Shown in pieces: positions 39,368 to 49,554 of a DNA stretch of 64,000 nucleotides (the first letter of the stretch is position 1; every line of letters begins with the position of its first letter). Below the pieces are notes generated by a model, which saw only the letters and a list, made by a program, of their open reading frames with translations, was not told the DNA's origin and searched no databases. The position numbers and the translations under genes were made by a program. The stretch is from Myxococcota bacterium (GTDB lineage: Bacteria; Myxococcota; Myxococcia; Myxococcales; Myxococcaceae), in contig JBMORE010000148.1 in NCBI GenBank assembly GCA_049322255.1, positions 1 through 64,000 on the forward strand, written 5' to 3'.

Positions 39368-40281
39368 GCGGCGGACCAGTGCCCGGCCAAAACCGCTTGC
39401 CAGATGAGCTCCGCCACCGCCTCGTGCTTGTCACCATCTTTCAAGAGCGCCAGCGACCAGCGGGCCATACGCACCAGCTGCTGGTCGTAGACAACTTGCG
39501 GTGCCCGCTGGCGCAGCGTCTCCACCAGGACTTGCATGTTCTGGCGGGCCAAAGGACGCATGCGTTCCCCCAGCCCACCGAAGTCCAACGGGTGCGACAG
39601 CTCGAACTTCGCTCCCGCCCTGGAGTACACCCACAAGAAGTCGGTCACGTGCTCGGAGCGACGCTTGTCCTTCTTCGTACCGCCGCGCATTTGCCAGGGC
39701 AGCGGGCTGAGCTCTGTCTCCGGTCGCTCGACGACGCGGGTGCCACGAATGAGCAGGCTCAACTCGGCAAAAGGAACGAACGCGGGCCCAGGCTCTTGGG
39801 GGTTGAACCGAATCCCTTCGTCCTCCAGCGCGAAGCCCCGCACTTGCACTCGCGTTCGGTCGAGCTGAATGCGCGCATCGCAGCTGACGGAGGCAAAGCC
39901 GTTGTCGCGCAGCGCCTCGCACAAGGCCTCCGCCAAGGCGGAGGGGAGGATGATCAGGGGTGACGGCGGTGGAGCACGCAGGCGAAGCCGAGCATCCGCC
40001 GTGCTGAGGCCCGGCAGGCTCGAGAGCAAGAGCACCGCATCCTCGATGTTCTCTGGGGTGCGGGCGAGGGCGACGAGTCTCCTATCAGCGGGGCTCGAGT
40101 CCGGCACCGCGGCGTTCTTCTCCGTGTGCTTGCGAAGCTCCGCGGCCAGTCTTGCCGCCTCCGCCTCGGCCTCGGCGCACCGCTTGTGCAACTTCTTGTT
40201 GCGCTCCTGGCTCTTGCGCAGCTCGCTTTGGAGCGCCTCGATCTTGTCGCGGAGCTCTCTTTTCTCTTTGGCGTCTGCCAT
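39364..40281 (-). CDS. Hypothetical protein with N-terminal coiled coil
   Basis: 305-aa ORF co-oriented with 40294..40947; heptad-like N-terminus. Confidence 0.6.
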   Translation of the reverse strand: MADAKEKRELRDKIEALQSELRKSQERNKKLHKRCAEAEAEAARLAAELRKHTEKNAAVPDSSPADRRLVALARTPENIEDAVLLLSSLPGLSTADARLRLRAPPPSPLIILPSALAEALCEALRDNGFASVSCDARIQLDRTRVQVRGFALEDEGIRFNPQEPGPAFVPFAELSLLIRGTRVVERPETELSPLPWQMRGGTKKDKRRSEHVTDFLWVYSRAGAKFELSHPLDFGGLGERMRPLARQNMQVLVETLRQRAPQVVYDQQLVRMARWSLALLKDGDKHEAVAELIWQAVLAGHWSAA

Positions 40282-40293
40282 CGAGCCGGCGAT

Positions 40294-40947
40294 CTACTCG
40301 TCGCCCTTGGCACCGGTGAACTGGTCGGCCTTGTCGCGGAAGAGCACGTTGAAGCTGGTGAGGGAGCCGTAGATGCGGGTGATGTACTGCTGCATCTCCA
40401 CCTTCTCGGCGTCGGAAAGCTTGGGGTGGGCGTTGATTTTCTGCTCCAGGGTCCGCAGCCGGTCGCGCACCATCACCACTTTGTGGAAGAAGGTGTCGAT
40501 GGGCAGCTCCTTGGCCGCGAGCTCGCTCTTACCCGGCAACAGCTGAATCACCCCGCCCTCCCACTTGGGCGCCAGCGCCACTTCGGCCTGGCCGGTGGCC
40601 TCGAGGAAAATCTCCATCAGCTCGCTACGGGTCATGTCTCCTCCGAGGTCGACGGGGGTGGCGCCGTCCTTCGCGCGCCGGATGAGGGTGGGAGCCACGC
40701 TGCGCCCCTGGCGAGCCTGTACAGGGCTGGGCCGCTCGACTGCACTGGCCACGCCTTTGGGAGCGAAGGCGTTGCAGATGGGCGCGGAGGGCGGAAACAA
40801 GCCCCGCTCGGGCTGCAGCCGGCAGGGGCCCACCCACCCTCGGTCGTCCACCGAGTGCGGGCGCCACAGCTTGCAATTGCCGCAGACTTCGGCGTCCGGG
40901 GGAAATTCGGGCAGCGCCGGGCCGCCCTGGGGCACCTGTTCATCCAT
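40294..40947 (-). CDS. Hypothetical protein with Cys-rich N-terminus
   Basis: CGNC...C...C; C-terminal FFHKVVMVRDRLR...YGSLTSFNVLF. Confidence 0.7.
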   Translation of the reverse strand: MDEQVPQGGPALPEFPPDAEVCGNCKLWRPHSVDDRGWVGPCRLQPERGLFPPSAPICNAFAPKGVASAVERPSPVQARQGRSVAPTLIRRAKDGATPVDLGGDMTRSELMEIFLEATGQAEVALAPKWEGGVIQLLPGKSELAAKELPIDTFFHKVVMVRDRLRTLEQKINAHPKLSDAEKVEMQQYITRIYGSLTSFNVLFRDKADQFTGAKGDE

Positions 40948-41046
40948 GGAGCGGATGGGCTTCTAGCTGAACAGGCCGCCGAGTTGAACGGGGTCGGGCA
41001 AATCCCTACAATGCGCGCCTTCTCGACCGTAGGAGAGGCAGCCAAG

Positions 41047-42153
41047 ATGGGGCAGCTCAACCCGCACGAGCGGCAGACGGCACACCGTGTGGCGGTGCCG
41101 TTGCAGCAGCCGGTTCCGGTCAAGCCCTCGCTCATTCCCGCCGACGTGCTCCAGACTTACGAGGAAGAGCTCTCCCGGGAGGAGCGCGAGGCCTTCACCC
41201 GCGCCGTCGCCGAGGGGCCGGTGGAGCTCCCCGAGATGCCGCTCGTCGAGGACCTGGAGCTGGTCTCTGCCGAGCACGAGGTGGGGCTGACCGCGTCCAC
41301 CGCTGCCGACCCCGAGGTGGCGGCCTACGCCTTGAGCCAGGTTTCCCTGTTCACCAACCTTCCGGCGCGTTCGCTCGAAGCGCTGCTCGCCGAAGCCCGC
41401 CAAGGTGAGGTCGCTGCAGGGGAGTATCTCTTCCGCGAGGGAGATCCGGCCGGCTCCTTCTACGTGGTGGTCGAAGGCATGGTCGAAATTCTTCGCCGGC
41501 GCGATGAGCGGGAGGTGGCGCTGCGCCATTTGGGCAAAGGAGAGCCGATTGGCCTGTTCGGGCTCTTCTCCGGGGCGCTGCGGGCCGCCTGTGCCCGGGC
41601 GATCGGCGACGTGATGCTGCTGGAGATTCCCTGCGAGGCGCTGGGGCGGCTGGTGCAGACCGACCCGATGCTGCACGAGCGGCTGCTCGACTTCTACCGT
41701 GAGCGACTGCTCGAGGGCTTCTTGGGTTCTTCGCGGCTGTTCGTCGACGTCGACTCGATTGCGCGGGCGCGCATCATCGGCCGCTTCGTGGAGCGCTCGC
41801 TGCGCGCGCAGGAGACGCTGGTGCACCCGGGCGAGGTGGCGAACCTGCTCGCGGTGGTGCTCTCGGGGCGGGTGTTGGTGGAGCACAAGCCGCGCGCCGG
41901 CCAAGAGCCGGTCCTCCACGAGGCCACCCAGGGGCAGTTCATCGCGGTGACCAGCGCTCTGTCAGGGGCCCCTTGCCGTGCACGCGTCTATGTGCCCGAG
42001 GAGTCTACTGTCGCCCTGCTGGGCCACCGTGAGCTGGCCGACCTGTTGCGCGACTACCCAGCGTTGCGGGCCCTCCCTGCGCGGTTGGCCGAGGCGGCCA
42101 AGACAGTGAACCGCGATGTCTTTAGCGGCTCGACCGGTGTCCCCGGGCTGTAG
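41047..42153 (+). CDS. Cyclic-nucleotide-binding domain protein (two cNMP-like domains)
   Basis: LFREGDPAGSFYVVVEG...RAACARA; SD-like AGGAG before ATG 41047. Confidence 0.8.
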   Translation: MGQLNPHERQTAHRVAVPLQQPVPVKPSLIPADVLQTYEEELSREEREAFTRAVAEGPVELPEMPLVEDLELVSAEHEVGLTASTAADPEVAAYALSQVSLFTNLPARSLEALLAEARQGEVAAGEYLFREGDPAGSFYVVVEGMVEILRRRDEREVALRHLGKGEPIGLFGLFSGALRAACARAIGDVMLLEIPCEALGRLVQTDPMLHERLLDFYRERLLEGFLGSSRLFVDVDSIARARIIGRFVERSLRAQETLVHPGEVANLLAVVLSGRVLVEHKPRAGQEPVLHEATQGQFIAVTSALSGAPCRARVYVPEESTVALLGHRELADLLRDYPALRALPARLAEAAKTVNRDVFSGSTGVPGL

Positions 42154-42214
42154 GTACCGCCCTTTTCCGGCAAGCAGGCGGGAATGCGCTCGCTCGGGCG
42201 AGAATTGAAAACCC

Positions 42215-42922
42215 GTGCCCCCCTCGAGCACCCTCGATGCCAAGAAGCTCACCGCGCTGGTGGTGGCGCTCGCCCTCGGGGTGGCGTTGTGGGACTCGCC
42301 GGTCCTGTGGCCGCTCAAGATTTTGGTGGTGGCCTTTCATGAGACCGGACACGCGGTGGCCTCGCTTTGGGTGGGCGGGAGCGTCGAGCACATCACCTTG
42401 CGGCCCAACGAGTCGGGCGAGTGCCTCTCCTCGCTCCCCAGCGGGTTCTTCGCCAAGGTCGCGGTGTACTCGGGCGGCTACCTGGGGAGCGCGCTGACCG
42501 GCGCGCTCCTGTTGCTGTTCACCTTCCGCTTGCGTTTGCGGCGAATCGTCCTCGGAGCGATGAGCGCGTGGCTGGTGGTGATCGCGTTCTTCTACGCGCG
42601 CGACGGGTTCACCCTCTTGTTCTGCCTAGGCACTGCGGGGGTTCTGGGCACCGGGGCGCGGGTCTTGCCACTCGCCGCCGTCGAAGTGCTCAACCTCTTT
42701 CTCGCCGCCTTTTCCTCGCTCTACGCGGTGATGGATCTGAAGGACGACCTGTGGGACGGGTCGGCGCGCGCGCACACCGACGCCCAGCTCTTGGCCAACG
42801 TCACCTTCGTCCCTTCGCTCGTCTGGGCCGCGGTGTGGACGTTGTTCGCCTTGGCCGTGCTCAGCACCGCAGGGTGGTGGTCGGTGCGTGGGCGCCGTCC
42901 GTTACCCGCGCCTCCGCCTTAG
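42215..42922 (+). CDS. Peptidase M50B-like membrane metalloprotease
   Basis: FHETGHA (HExxH), GGYLGS, TDA; multiple TM segments. Confidence 0.85.
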   Translation: MPPSSTLDAKKLTALVVALALGVALWDSPVLWPLKILVVAFHETGHAVASLWVGGSVEHITLRPNESGECLSSLPSGFFAKVAVYSGGYLGSALTGALLLLFTFRLRLRRIVLGAMSAWLVVIAFFYARDGFTLLFCLGTAGVLGTGARVLPLAAVEVLNLFLAAFSSLYAVMDLKDDLWDGSARAHTDAQLLANVTFVPSLVWAAVWTLFALAVLSTAGWWSVRGRRPLPAPPP

Positions 42923-43041
42923 CGGGGGCTCGTTCCCCCGCCTCTGTTCCGAAGCGGCCGGTCGTGATGTCCGGCTCCCTGACAGATGCCCAACGACGTG
43001 CATCGCGACGAAGCAGCCTGCAAATATTGTTCATCCATCAA

Positions 43042-46000
43042 ATGGAACAGTGCTCCGAATTCCCCATCGGGGCTGTCAGACTCGAGCAGCGGCTCGAACA
43101 AGGAGCGCTTTCGGTCAAGGAAGTGGTTCTCCTCGGGCGAGGTCTTTTCTCGAAGCTGTCAGAGCTCCACGACCGCGGCCAGGTGCACCGGCACCTTCGG
43201 CCCGCCAACATCCTCCTGAGCGAAAAAGGAGCGGTCGAATGCCTCGACCAGCGCAAAGAGCCGCTCGGCTCGAAGCAAGAGCACGCGACCCTCTACGAAT
43301 CGCCCGAGCAGGTGGGGCTGTTCGACGAAGAGGCCGGCGAGCGATCGGATCTGTACTCGGCAGGGGTGGTGCTCTACGAGTGTCTCGCCGGCGTTCCGCC
43401 CTACCGGGGTGAAAGTCTCGGCGAGGTGCTCCGCCAGCACCTCGCCAGCTCACCCCAGGATCTGGCGAGCCTGGGGCTCGGCGTGCCTTACGCGCTCAGC
43501 GAGGTCGTCAGGCACCTGATGCAAAAAGACCCGAGGAACCGCTACCAGTCTGCGCGAGGGGTACTGGCGGACCTCGATGAAATCTCGGTGGCCTTGGCAC
43601 GGGGCATCGAGCAGCCGGAGCTGGTGGTAGGGCTTCGCGACCGGCGCACCATCTTGACCGAGGCGGCCTTCGTCAACCGCCGTGCCGAGCTCGAAGAGCT
43701 CTCCGACGGGCTTACGGGCGCTCGCCGGGGCGAGGGACCGCTGGTGATTCTCGAGGCGGAGTCCGGCGGCGGCAAGACGCGCCTGCTCGACGAGGTCGCT
43801 CGGCGATCTGCGGCGAAAGGCGCTTGGGTGTTGCGCGCTGGTGGAATCCAGCAACAGGCGCGGCAACCGTTCGAGCTCTTCGCCACCTTGGCCCGTCGTC
43901 TGGCCTACCAGCTGGAGGCTGAACCTTCTTTGGCCGACACTCTTCGTGCCCGTCTGGGCGAATGGCGCGGGGCGGTCTGCGCCACCCTTCCTGCCCTTGC
44001 CAAGGTGCTCGGGCCCAGCTTCGACGCCCTCGACTCCCAGGAGTCGAGGTTGGGAGACCACGGACAGGAGCGGCGCGTCAGAGCCCTGGGCGTCTTGCTC
44101 GGCTCGTTGGGTACCCGAGATCGCCCGGCGCTCGTGCTCCTGGACGACTGCCAATGGGTCGACGAGGCGACGCTGTTGCTGCTCCAACGGTGGGTTCGTC
44201 CGAAAAGCGCGCGCGAGGAGACCGAGCCGCCGCGGCACGTGTTGCTGGTGGCCGCCTATCGCCCCGAGGAAGTGCCGCAGGAACACCCGCTGGTGGAGCT
44301 CTCGCCCGCCGCGCGCATTTCCTTGGCTCCCCTGGGCGCGAATGACGTGGCGATGCTTGCTGAGTCGATGGCGGGACAGCTCCCCCAAGCCGCTCGCGAA
44401 GGCGTGGTGCGGCTGGCGGCGGGGAGCCCCTTCTTGGCCAGCGCGGTGCTGGAGGGAATGGTGGAGACAGGCGCGCTCCGCTCCGGCGCGTCGGGCTGGG
44501 AGGTGGACACCGCGGCGATGGGAGACGTGCGCTCGTCGCATCGTGCCGCGGTATTCTTGAGCAGCCGCATCGAGCGGTTGTCGCCCAAGGCGCGCGCCCT
44601 GCTCACTGCCGGAGCGGTGTTGGGGAGGGAATTCACGCTCGAGCTGGCGGCCGCCCTCGCCGATGTCGCTCCGGAGGGGGCCCTTCCTTCCTTCACCGAG
44701 GCTCGGCGCCGCCACATCGTATGGGCCGATTCCACGGGCAAAGGCTACGTCTTCGTCCACGACAAGCTGCGCGAGGATCTGCTCGGCAGACTGCCACCAA
44801 GCGAGCGCGCGCACCTGCATCGCCGTGCGGCAGAACGCCTGGAGGCGGTGGACCCGACGCGCGTGTTCGATCTCGCCTACCACTTCGACGCCGCCGGAGA
44901 CCCTGAGCGCGCTCTGCCCTATGCGCTGCTGGCAGGCGAGCAGGCGCAACGCCAGCACGCCCTGGAGGTCGCTGAGACCCAATACCGAATCGCCGAACGG
45001 GGAGCCGCCCGCGCAGAAGAGCCCACACGGCAGTTGGTCGCCGAAAAGCTCGGCGAGGTACAGCTGCTCCGCGGAAAGTACGACGAGGCTGAGCGCAGAC
45101 TGAAAAACGCTCGAGCCCTGGCGCGTAGCGACCTCGATCGCGCCAAGCTCGAAGGCAAGCTCGGTGAGCTCGCCTTCAAGCGCAGCGACATGCCGACGGC
45201 GGTCGCGGCCATCGAGCGGGCGCTCCACTTGTTAGGGAACAGGGTACCGAAGCGGCGGCTGACGTTCTTTGCCTTCCTGCTCTGGGAAGCGGTGGTTCAG
45301 GTTTTTCACACGGCGTTTCCACGGCTGTTCTTGGCACGCCGGCCGCTCGAGGGGGCAGAAGCGGAGCTTTTGGCCATTCGGCTCTACAGCCGGCTGGCCT
45401 ACGCCTACTACTTCCTCGACACCTTCCGCGCGACCTGGGCCCACCTGCGCGAGCTGAACCTCGCCGAGCGTTACCCGCCCACCCTCGAGCTCGGTCAGGC
45501 CTATTCGAATCACTGCGCCATGATGTCTACGCTGCCGCGGCCCCGGCGAGCCCTCGCCTACGGCAAGCGGGGGCTTACGATTCGTCAGTCCCTGGGAGAC
45601 CGCTGGGGGGAGGGGCAGGCGCTCAGCTTCTACGCCTGGGGGTTGATCGTCGCCTCGCGCTTCGACGAAGCCCTGGCCGCGAAGCGGCAAGCCGCGCGGC
45701 TGCTCGAACAGACAGGAGATCTCTGGGAGGCCAACAACTCCATGGTCGACGTCGCGCTTTGCCTGTACCGCAAGGGCGAGCTTAGGGAAGCGGTGAAGAT
45801 GAGCCGCCGTGTCCATCAGGTGGGCAAAGACATCGGCGAGGTGCGCGCTGCCAGCTGCAGCCTCGACCCGTGGGCCAAGGCTTCGGGGGGCCGCGTCCCT
45901 GCGGCGCTCATTCAAGAGCAGCTCGCGCTCAGGACCGACGACGTTCAAACCCACGCGCAGCTTTTGCAGGCGGAAGGGGTTCGCCTGCTCCACGCGGGCC

Positions 46001-47709
46001 AACCTACCGCCGCCGCCGCGCTCTTCGAGAAGGCCCAACAGCGGGTCGAGTCCGCCAAGGTGCGCACCGAGGAGGTGGCGTGCATCCCGGCCTGGTGGAC
46101 GACCGCCTTGCGTATCGAGATCGAAAACCTCTCGGGACACCAGCTCGAGCGCAGAGCCCAGCTTTTGCGCAGCGCCTGGAAGGTCCATCGCCTGGCGCTG
46201 CGAATGGCCCGCGGCTTCCGAAACAACCTGCCCCACGTGCTTCGGGAAGGAGGGCTCTTGTACGCGCTCACCAACGAGGCCGATGGGGCGCGCCGCCATC
46301 TCCAGCGGAGTCTCGAGGTGGCCCTGCAACAAAAAGCGCGGCTCGAGCACGCGCAGACCCTGCTGGTCCGCGGTCAGCTCGGGCTTCAGCTCGGTTGGCC
46401 ACACGCCGCCGATGACCTCGCCGCCGCCCGCGCCGCGCTCCACGCCATGGGAGGGAGCTGGAGCTTAGGCCTCGGAGGGCGCCCGGCCGACTTGGCACAG
46501 GTGCAACCCGTCACGCTCTCGCTGGCCGATCGTTTCAGCACCGTGTTGGAGGCGGGGCGGAAAATCGCCTCCGCGCTCTCGCGCGACGACGTCTTTACCG
46601 CCGTGCGGCAGGCCGCTCTGGCGCTCTTGAGGGCGGAGGAGTGCCTGATGCTCGAAGCGCCTGGTGACGTTTCCCCGGAAAAGTTTCAGGTGGCCGCGGG
46701 AGGCGCCCACGCCACTTTCAGCCTCACGCTCCTTGCGAAGGCCCTCGAAAGCCGACAACCGGTGGTGTACGCGCAAGACCAGTCGAATGGCGCCACCGAG
46801 GAGTTGCTGCGTTCGGGAGCTCGGTCGGCGCTGTGCGCGCCCATTTGGGTGCGCGAGAAAGTCGCCGCTTGCTTCTACGCCTTTCACCGGGAGGTGAGCG
46901 GGCTGTTCGGCGACGAGGAGCGGCGCCTCTCCGAGTTCATCGCGGCGTTGGCCGGGGCGGCCCTGGAGAACGCAGCCAAGACCGAGCAGCTCAGCAGCGT
47001 CAACCAGAAGCTGCAGGCCGCGCTCAAGGTGCGTGACGACTTCATCTCGGTCGCCTCGCACGAGCTGCGGACGCCGCTGACCACCTTGCGGCTCCAGTCC
47101 CAGACGGCGTTGCGCCTCAGCCAGAGCGGGCGGGCCGAGGCCTCGGTGCTCCCGCAGATCGCCAAGAAGCTCGAAGTCGCCGAGCGGCAGATCGATCGAC
47201 TGGTCAAGCTCGTCCACAATCTGCTCGACATCTCGCACCTGACCACGGGCGTGCTCCGCCTGGAGCCTGAGCCGACCGACCTCATTGACATCCTGCGCGA
47301 GTCACTCTCCCTTTTGCCCGAGCCCTCGCGCGCCCATTTCCGCTTGCCCGCGACGAGGCCCGCCGTCGGCCTTTGGGATCGGTTTCGGCTGGAGCAGGTG
47401 GTGAGCAACCTCCTCTCCAACGCCGTCAAGTACGGCGCCGACAAACCGGTCGAGCTCGAGCTCTCCGTCGAGCCTCGGTGGGTGACCCTGACGGTACGCG
47501 ACCACGGCATCGGCATTTCTCCTCAGGACTTGGAGCGAATCTTCGAGCGTTTCGAGCGCGCCGTTCCGGTCGGTCACTACGAGGGGTTCGGCCTCGGCTT
47601 GTACATCGCCAAGAGAATCGTCGACGCCATGGGCGGCACCCTCCACGCCCAGAGCGAGGTCGGGCTGGGCTCGACCTTCACCTTGCGCCTGCCCCGCGGA
47701 GTGGGGTGA
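43042..47709 (+). CDS. Degenerate kinase-AAA ATPase-TPR-GAF-histidine kinase hybrid (start uncertain, 42967 or 43042)
   Basis: HRHLRPANI, YESPEQ, SDLYSAG; AESGGGKT and LLDDCQW; GAF; SHELRTPL, NLLSNAVKY, DHGIG, GFGLGL. Confidence 0.85.
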   Translation: MEQCSEFPIGAVRLEQRLEQGALSVKEVVLLGRGLFSKLSELHDRGQVHRHLRPANILLSEKGAVECLDQRKEPLGSKQEHATLYESPEQVGLFDEEAGERSDLYSAGVVLYECLAGVPPYRGESLGEVLRQHLASSPQDLASLGLGVPYALSEVVRHLMQKDPRNRYQSARGVLADLDEISVALARGIEQPELVVGLRDRRTILTEAAFVNRRAELEELSDGLTGARRGEGPLVILEAESGGGKTRLLDEVARRSAAKGAWVLRAGGIQQQARQPFELFATLARRLAYQLEAEPSLADTLRARLGEWRGAVCATLPALAKVLGPSFDALDSQESRLGDHGQERRVRALGVLLGSLGTRDRPALVLLDDCQWVDEATLLLLQRWVRPKSAREETEPPRHVLLVAAYRPEEVPQEHPLVELSPAARISLAPLGANDVAMLAESMAGQLPQAAREGVVRLAAGSPFLASAVLEGMVETGALRSGASGWEVDTAAMGDVRSSHRAAVFLSSRIERLSPKARALLTAGAVLGREFTLELAAALADVAPEGALPSFTEARRRHIVWADSTGKGYVFVHDKLREDLLGRLPPSERAHLHRRAAERLEAVDPTRVFDLAYHFDAAGDPERALPYALLAGEQAQRQHALEVAETQYRIAERGAARAEEPTRQLVAEKLGEVQLLRGKYDEAERRLKNARALARSDLDRAKLEGKLGELAFKRSDMPTAVAAIERALHLLGNRVPKRRLTFFAFLLWEAVVQVFHTAFPRLFLARRPLEGAEAELLAIRLYSRLAYAYYFLDTFRATWAHLRELNLAERYPPTLELGQAYSNHCAMMSTLPRPRRALAYGKRGLTIRQSLGDRWGEGQALSFYAWGLIVASRFDEALAAKRQAARLLEQTGDLWEANNSMVDVALCLYRKGELREAVKMSRRVHQVGKDIGEVRAASCSLDPWAKASGGRVPAALIQEQLALRTDDVQTHAQLLQAEGVRLLHAGQPTAAAALFEKAQQRVESAKVRTEEVACIPAWWTTALRIEIENLSGHQLERRAQLLRSAWKVHRLALRMARGFRNNLPHVLREGGLLYALTNEADGARRHLQRSLEVALQQKARLEHAQTLLVRGQLGLQLGWPHAADDLAAARAALHAMGGSWSLGLGGRPADLAQVQPVTLSLADRFSTVLEAGRKIASALSRDDVFTAVRQAALALLRAEECLMLEAPGDVSPEKFQVAAGGAHATFSLTLLAKALESRQPVVYAQDQSNGATEELLRSGARSALCAPIWVREKVAACFYAFHREVSGLFGDEERRLSEFIAALAGAALENAAKTEQLSSVNQKLQAALKVRDDFISVASHELRTPLTTLRLQSQTALRLSQSGRAEASVLPQIAKKLEVAERQIDRLVKLVHNLLDISHLTTGVLRLEPEPTDLIDILRESLSLLPEPSRAHFRLPATRPAVGLWDRFRLEQVVSNLLSNAVKYGADKPVELELSVEPRWVTLTVRDHGIGISPQDLERIFERFERAVPVGHYEGFGLGLYIAKRIVDAMGGTLHAQSEVGLGSTFTLRLPRGVG

Positions 47710-47762
47710 GGGAATTGACAGACGGGTGGCCACGCCCGCCCTTTCGGCCTTTAATGTGCACC

Positions 47763-48413
47763 ATGCGACCGGTGCTCCTTTGGGTCTGGGCGGTGTCCTT
47801 TGCCGCGCTCGCCAAGGACAAAGCCCTGCTCACCTTCCAGCCTGCCGACGACGATCCCGCCGACCGGCCTTTGGCCAGGCAGATCGACGTAGCGCCGCAG
47901 GGCAGCGACTACGCCTTACGGGTGCAGTTCGACAAGCTTCCCTGGGGCGGGCAGTGCGGCAACCGCTGCGCCAACGCGACCATCTTCCTGGATACCGACA
48001 ACTCCAAGTCCACCGGGCTACAGCTCTCCGACAAGGCCGCGGCGGAAAACGGCGCCGACCTCGCGGTCACCCTTCAAGGAGTGCGCGAGCTCTTCTCCGG
48101 CGCTTCCGGCTCGCTCTTGCGGGTGAGGGTGCGCCAGCTCGGTGACGACGTCACCCGCGTCGACGACGGCCAGACGATGGCCGAGCTCGATCACCGGCAC
48201 GACCCGGAGCGCGTCTACATGGAAGGAACGACGGTGTTCGTGCGGGTCGACGCCACCAGCGGCGTTCTGCCGACGGGGAAGAAGATGAGAGTCATCTACC
48301 ACCCGCCCGCCACCCAGGCGGTGACCGCCACCACCCACGGGTTTTTGGCGGGCGGCAGAGGCAAGGTAGAGATTTTCCGGGGCGGCAAGAGAGTGACGGG
48401 CGCAAAGCCGTAG
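47763..48413 (+). CDS. Secreted hypothetical protein
   Basis: Signal peptide-like MRPVLLWVWAVSFAALA; FLDTDNSKSTG motif. Confidence 0.6.
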   Translation: MRPVLLWVWAVSFAALAKDKALLTFQPADDDPADRPLARQIDVAPQGSDYALRVQFDKLPWGGQCGNRCANATIFLDTDNSKSTGLQLSDKAAAENGADLAVTLQGVRELFSGASGSLLRVRVRQLGDDVTRVDDGQTMAELDHRHDPERVYMEGTTVFVRVDATSGVLPTGKKMRVIYHPPATQAVTATTHGFLAGGRGKVEIFRGGKRVTGAKP

Positions 48414-48558
48414 CCCTTCGTTTCGTCTCCCAGCAGACGTCTAACCCCGTGAGCGTCGCTTGGGCGACGCCGCGGTGATCTCCCGATCGATTTCGTGCGC
48501 CGGCGCATTTGGGTACTCCCAGCCGCGCCTCTCACCCGTCTTTCTCGAAGGAGCCCGC

Positions 48559-49083
48559 ATGTTCAACGTCGATCAGCAGACCGCGCGCGTCGAGCAGCTC
48601 TACCGGCAGCTCACCGGCATGGAGCCGCGTCGCCACGAGCGCCCCTCGGCGCCCATCCCTCCCGACGCCAACCCCGAGCAGTACGTCCAGGAGAACCTCC
48701 AGCGATTGGAGGCGGCGCTGCAGAGCCTGCCGGCAGCGGGGGGCCTGCCGACCTTCGCTCCCCGGGTCTCGGTCTTCGAGACCGAGCAGGAGTGGCGCTG
48801 TGCGGCCGAGCTGCCGGGGGTGAAACGCGGCGACCTTGTCGTTCAGGTGCTCCACGGGGTGCTTCGCTTGAGTGCGCTGCGCGCCTGGCCGGGTGCCAAC
48901 GGCGAGCCCCCGCGCCCCACCTATGCCGAGGCCCTCCCCTGCCGCTTCGAGCGCAGCGTGCCCATGCCGCTGGGCGCGCGCACCGAGTCGGCCGACGCGC
49001 GGCTGGAGAACGGCATCCTCACCGTGAAGGTGGTGAAAGACCCGGCGGCGATTCGCCGCGATCTCAAGATCGAGGTGGCGTAG
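48559..49083 (+). CDS. Hsp20/alpha-crystallin family small heat-shock protein
   Basis: AELPGV, FERSVPMP, ARLENGILTV, C-terminal IEV; SD-like GAAGGAG. Confidence 0.9.
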   Translation: MFNVDQQTARVEQLYRQLTGMEPRRHERPSAPIPPDANPEQYVQENLQRLEAALQSLPAAGGLPTFAPRVSVFETEQEWRCAAELPGVKRGDLVVQVLHGVLRLSALRAWPGANGEPPRPTYAEALPCRFERSVPMPLGARTESADARLENGILTVKVVKDPAAIRRDLKIEVA

Positions 49084-49169
49084 TGCCGCCCCGAAACGGG
49101 GGCCGCGCGTCGGTGGCGGCGCCTCGCAGGCAGTCCCACGCAGTGAAGAAAACCAACAAGGAAAAGACG

Positions 49170-49499
49170 ATGACCCCTGAAATCCGCAAGCTGCAGATCC
49201 TCAACGACCTGGTGGCGCAGACGATCGACGTGCTCAACGCGCGCGTCACCTTCGGTGGGCTGTCGCACAGCCCTTTCGGCACCGAGATCGGCAACGGCCA
49301 CGCCTCGCCGTTCTTCGCCAACCCCTACGTCAACCCGCTGGGCTTTGGCCAGCAGGTGCCTTACGGGCTCACCCATTCCCCCTTCTCGCCCATCACCACC
49401 CGGGGCGTCGAGGCGCTGTACGGCTACGGGGTGGACCCGCGGGTGGCAATGATGCAGCCGTGGGTGGCGGCGCGGCAGGCCGGCATCGGCGTGTGGTGA
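49170..49499 (+). CDS. Small protein with N-terminal helix and GL(S/T)HSPF repeats
   Basis: AAGGA SD, ATG at 49170, 109 aa with GC3-biased codons. Confidence 0.7.
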   Translation: MTPEIRKLQILNDLVAQTIDVLNARVTFGGLSHSPFGTEIGNGHASPFFANPYVNPLGFGQQVPYGLTHSPFSPITTRGVEALYGYGVDPRVAMMQPWVAARQAGIGVW

Positions 49500-49524
49500 G
49501 CGCTCGCCGTTGAAGCCCAAAAGC

Positions 49525-49554
49525 GGTGGGGCGGGCGAGTTGGCCCGCCTCACC
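49525..49554. terminator. Hairpin between convergent genes
   Basis: ggtggggcgggc-gagttg-gcccgcctcacc. Confidence 0.55.

Noticed and set aside
42367..43041. N-terminal extension of the 1780-aa ORF
   Set aside because: It overlaps the M50B peptidase gene in another frame; the real start is more plausibly 42967 or 43042.
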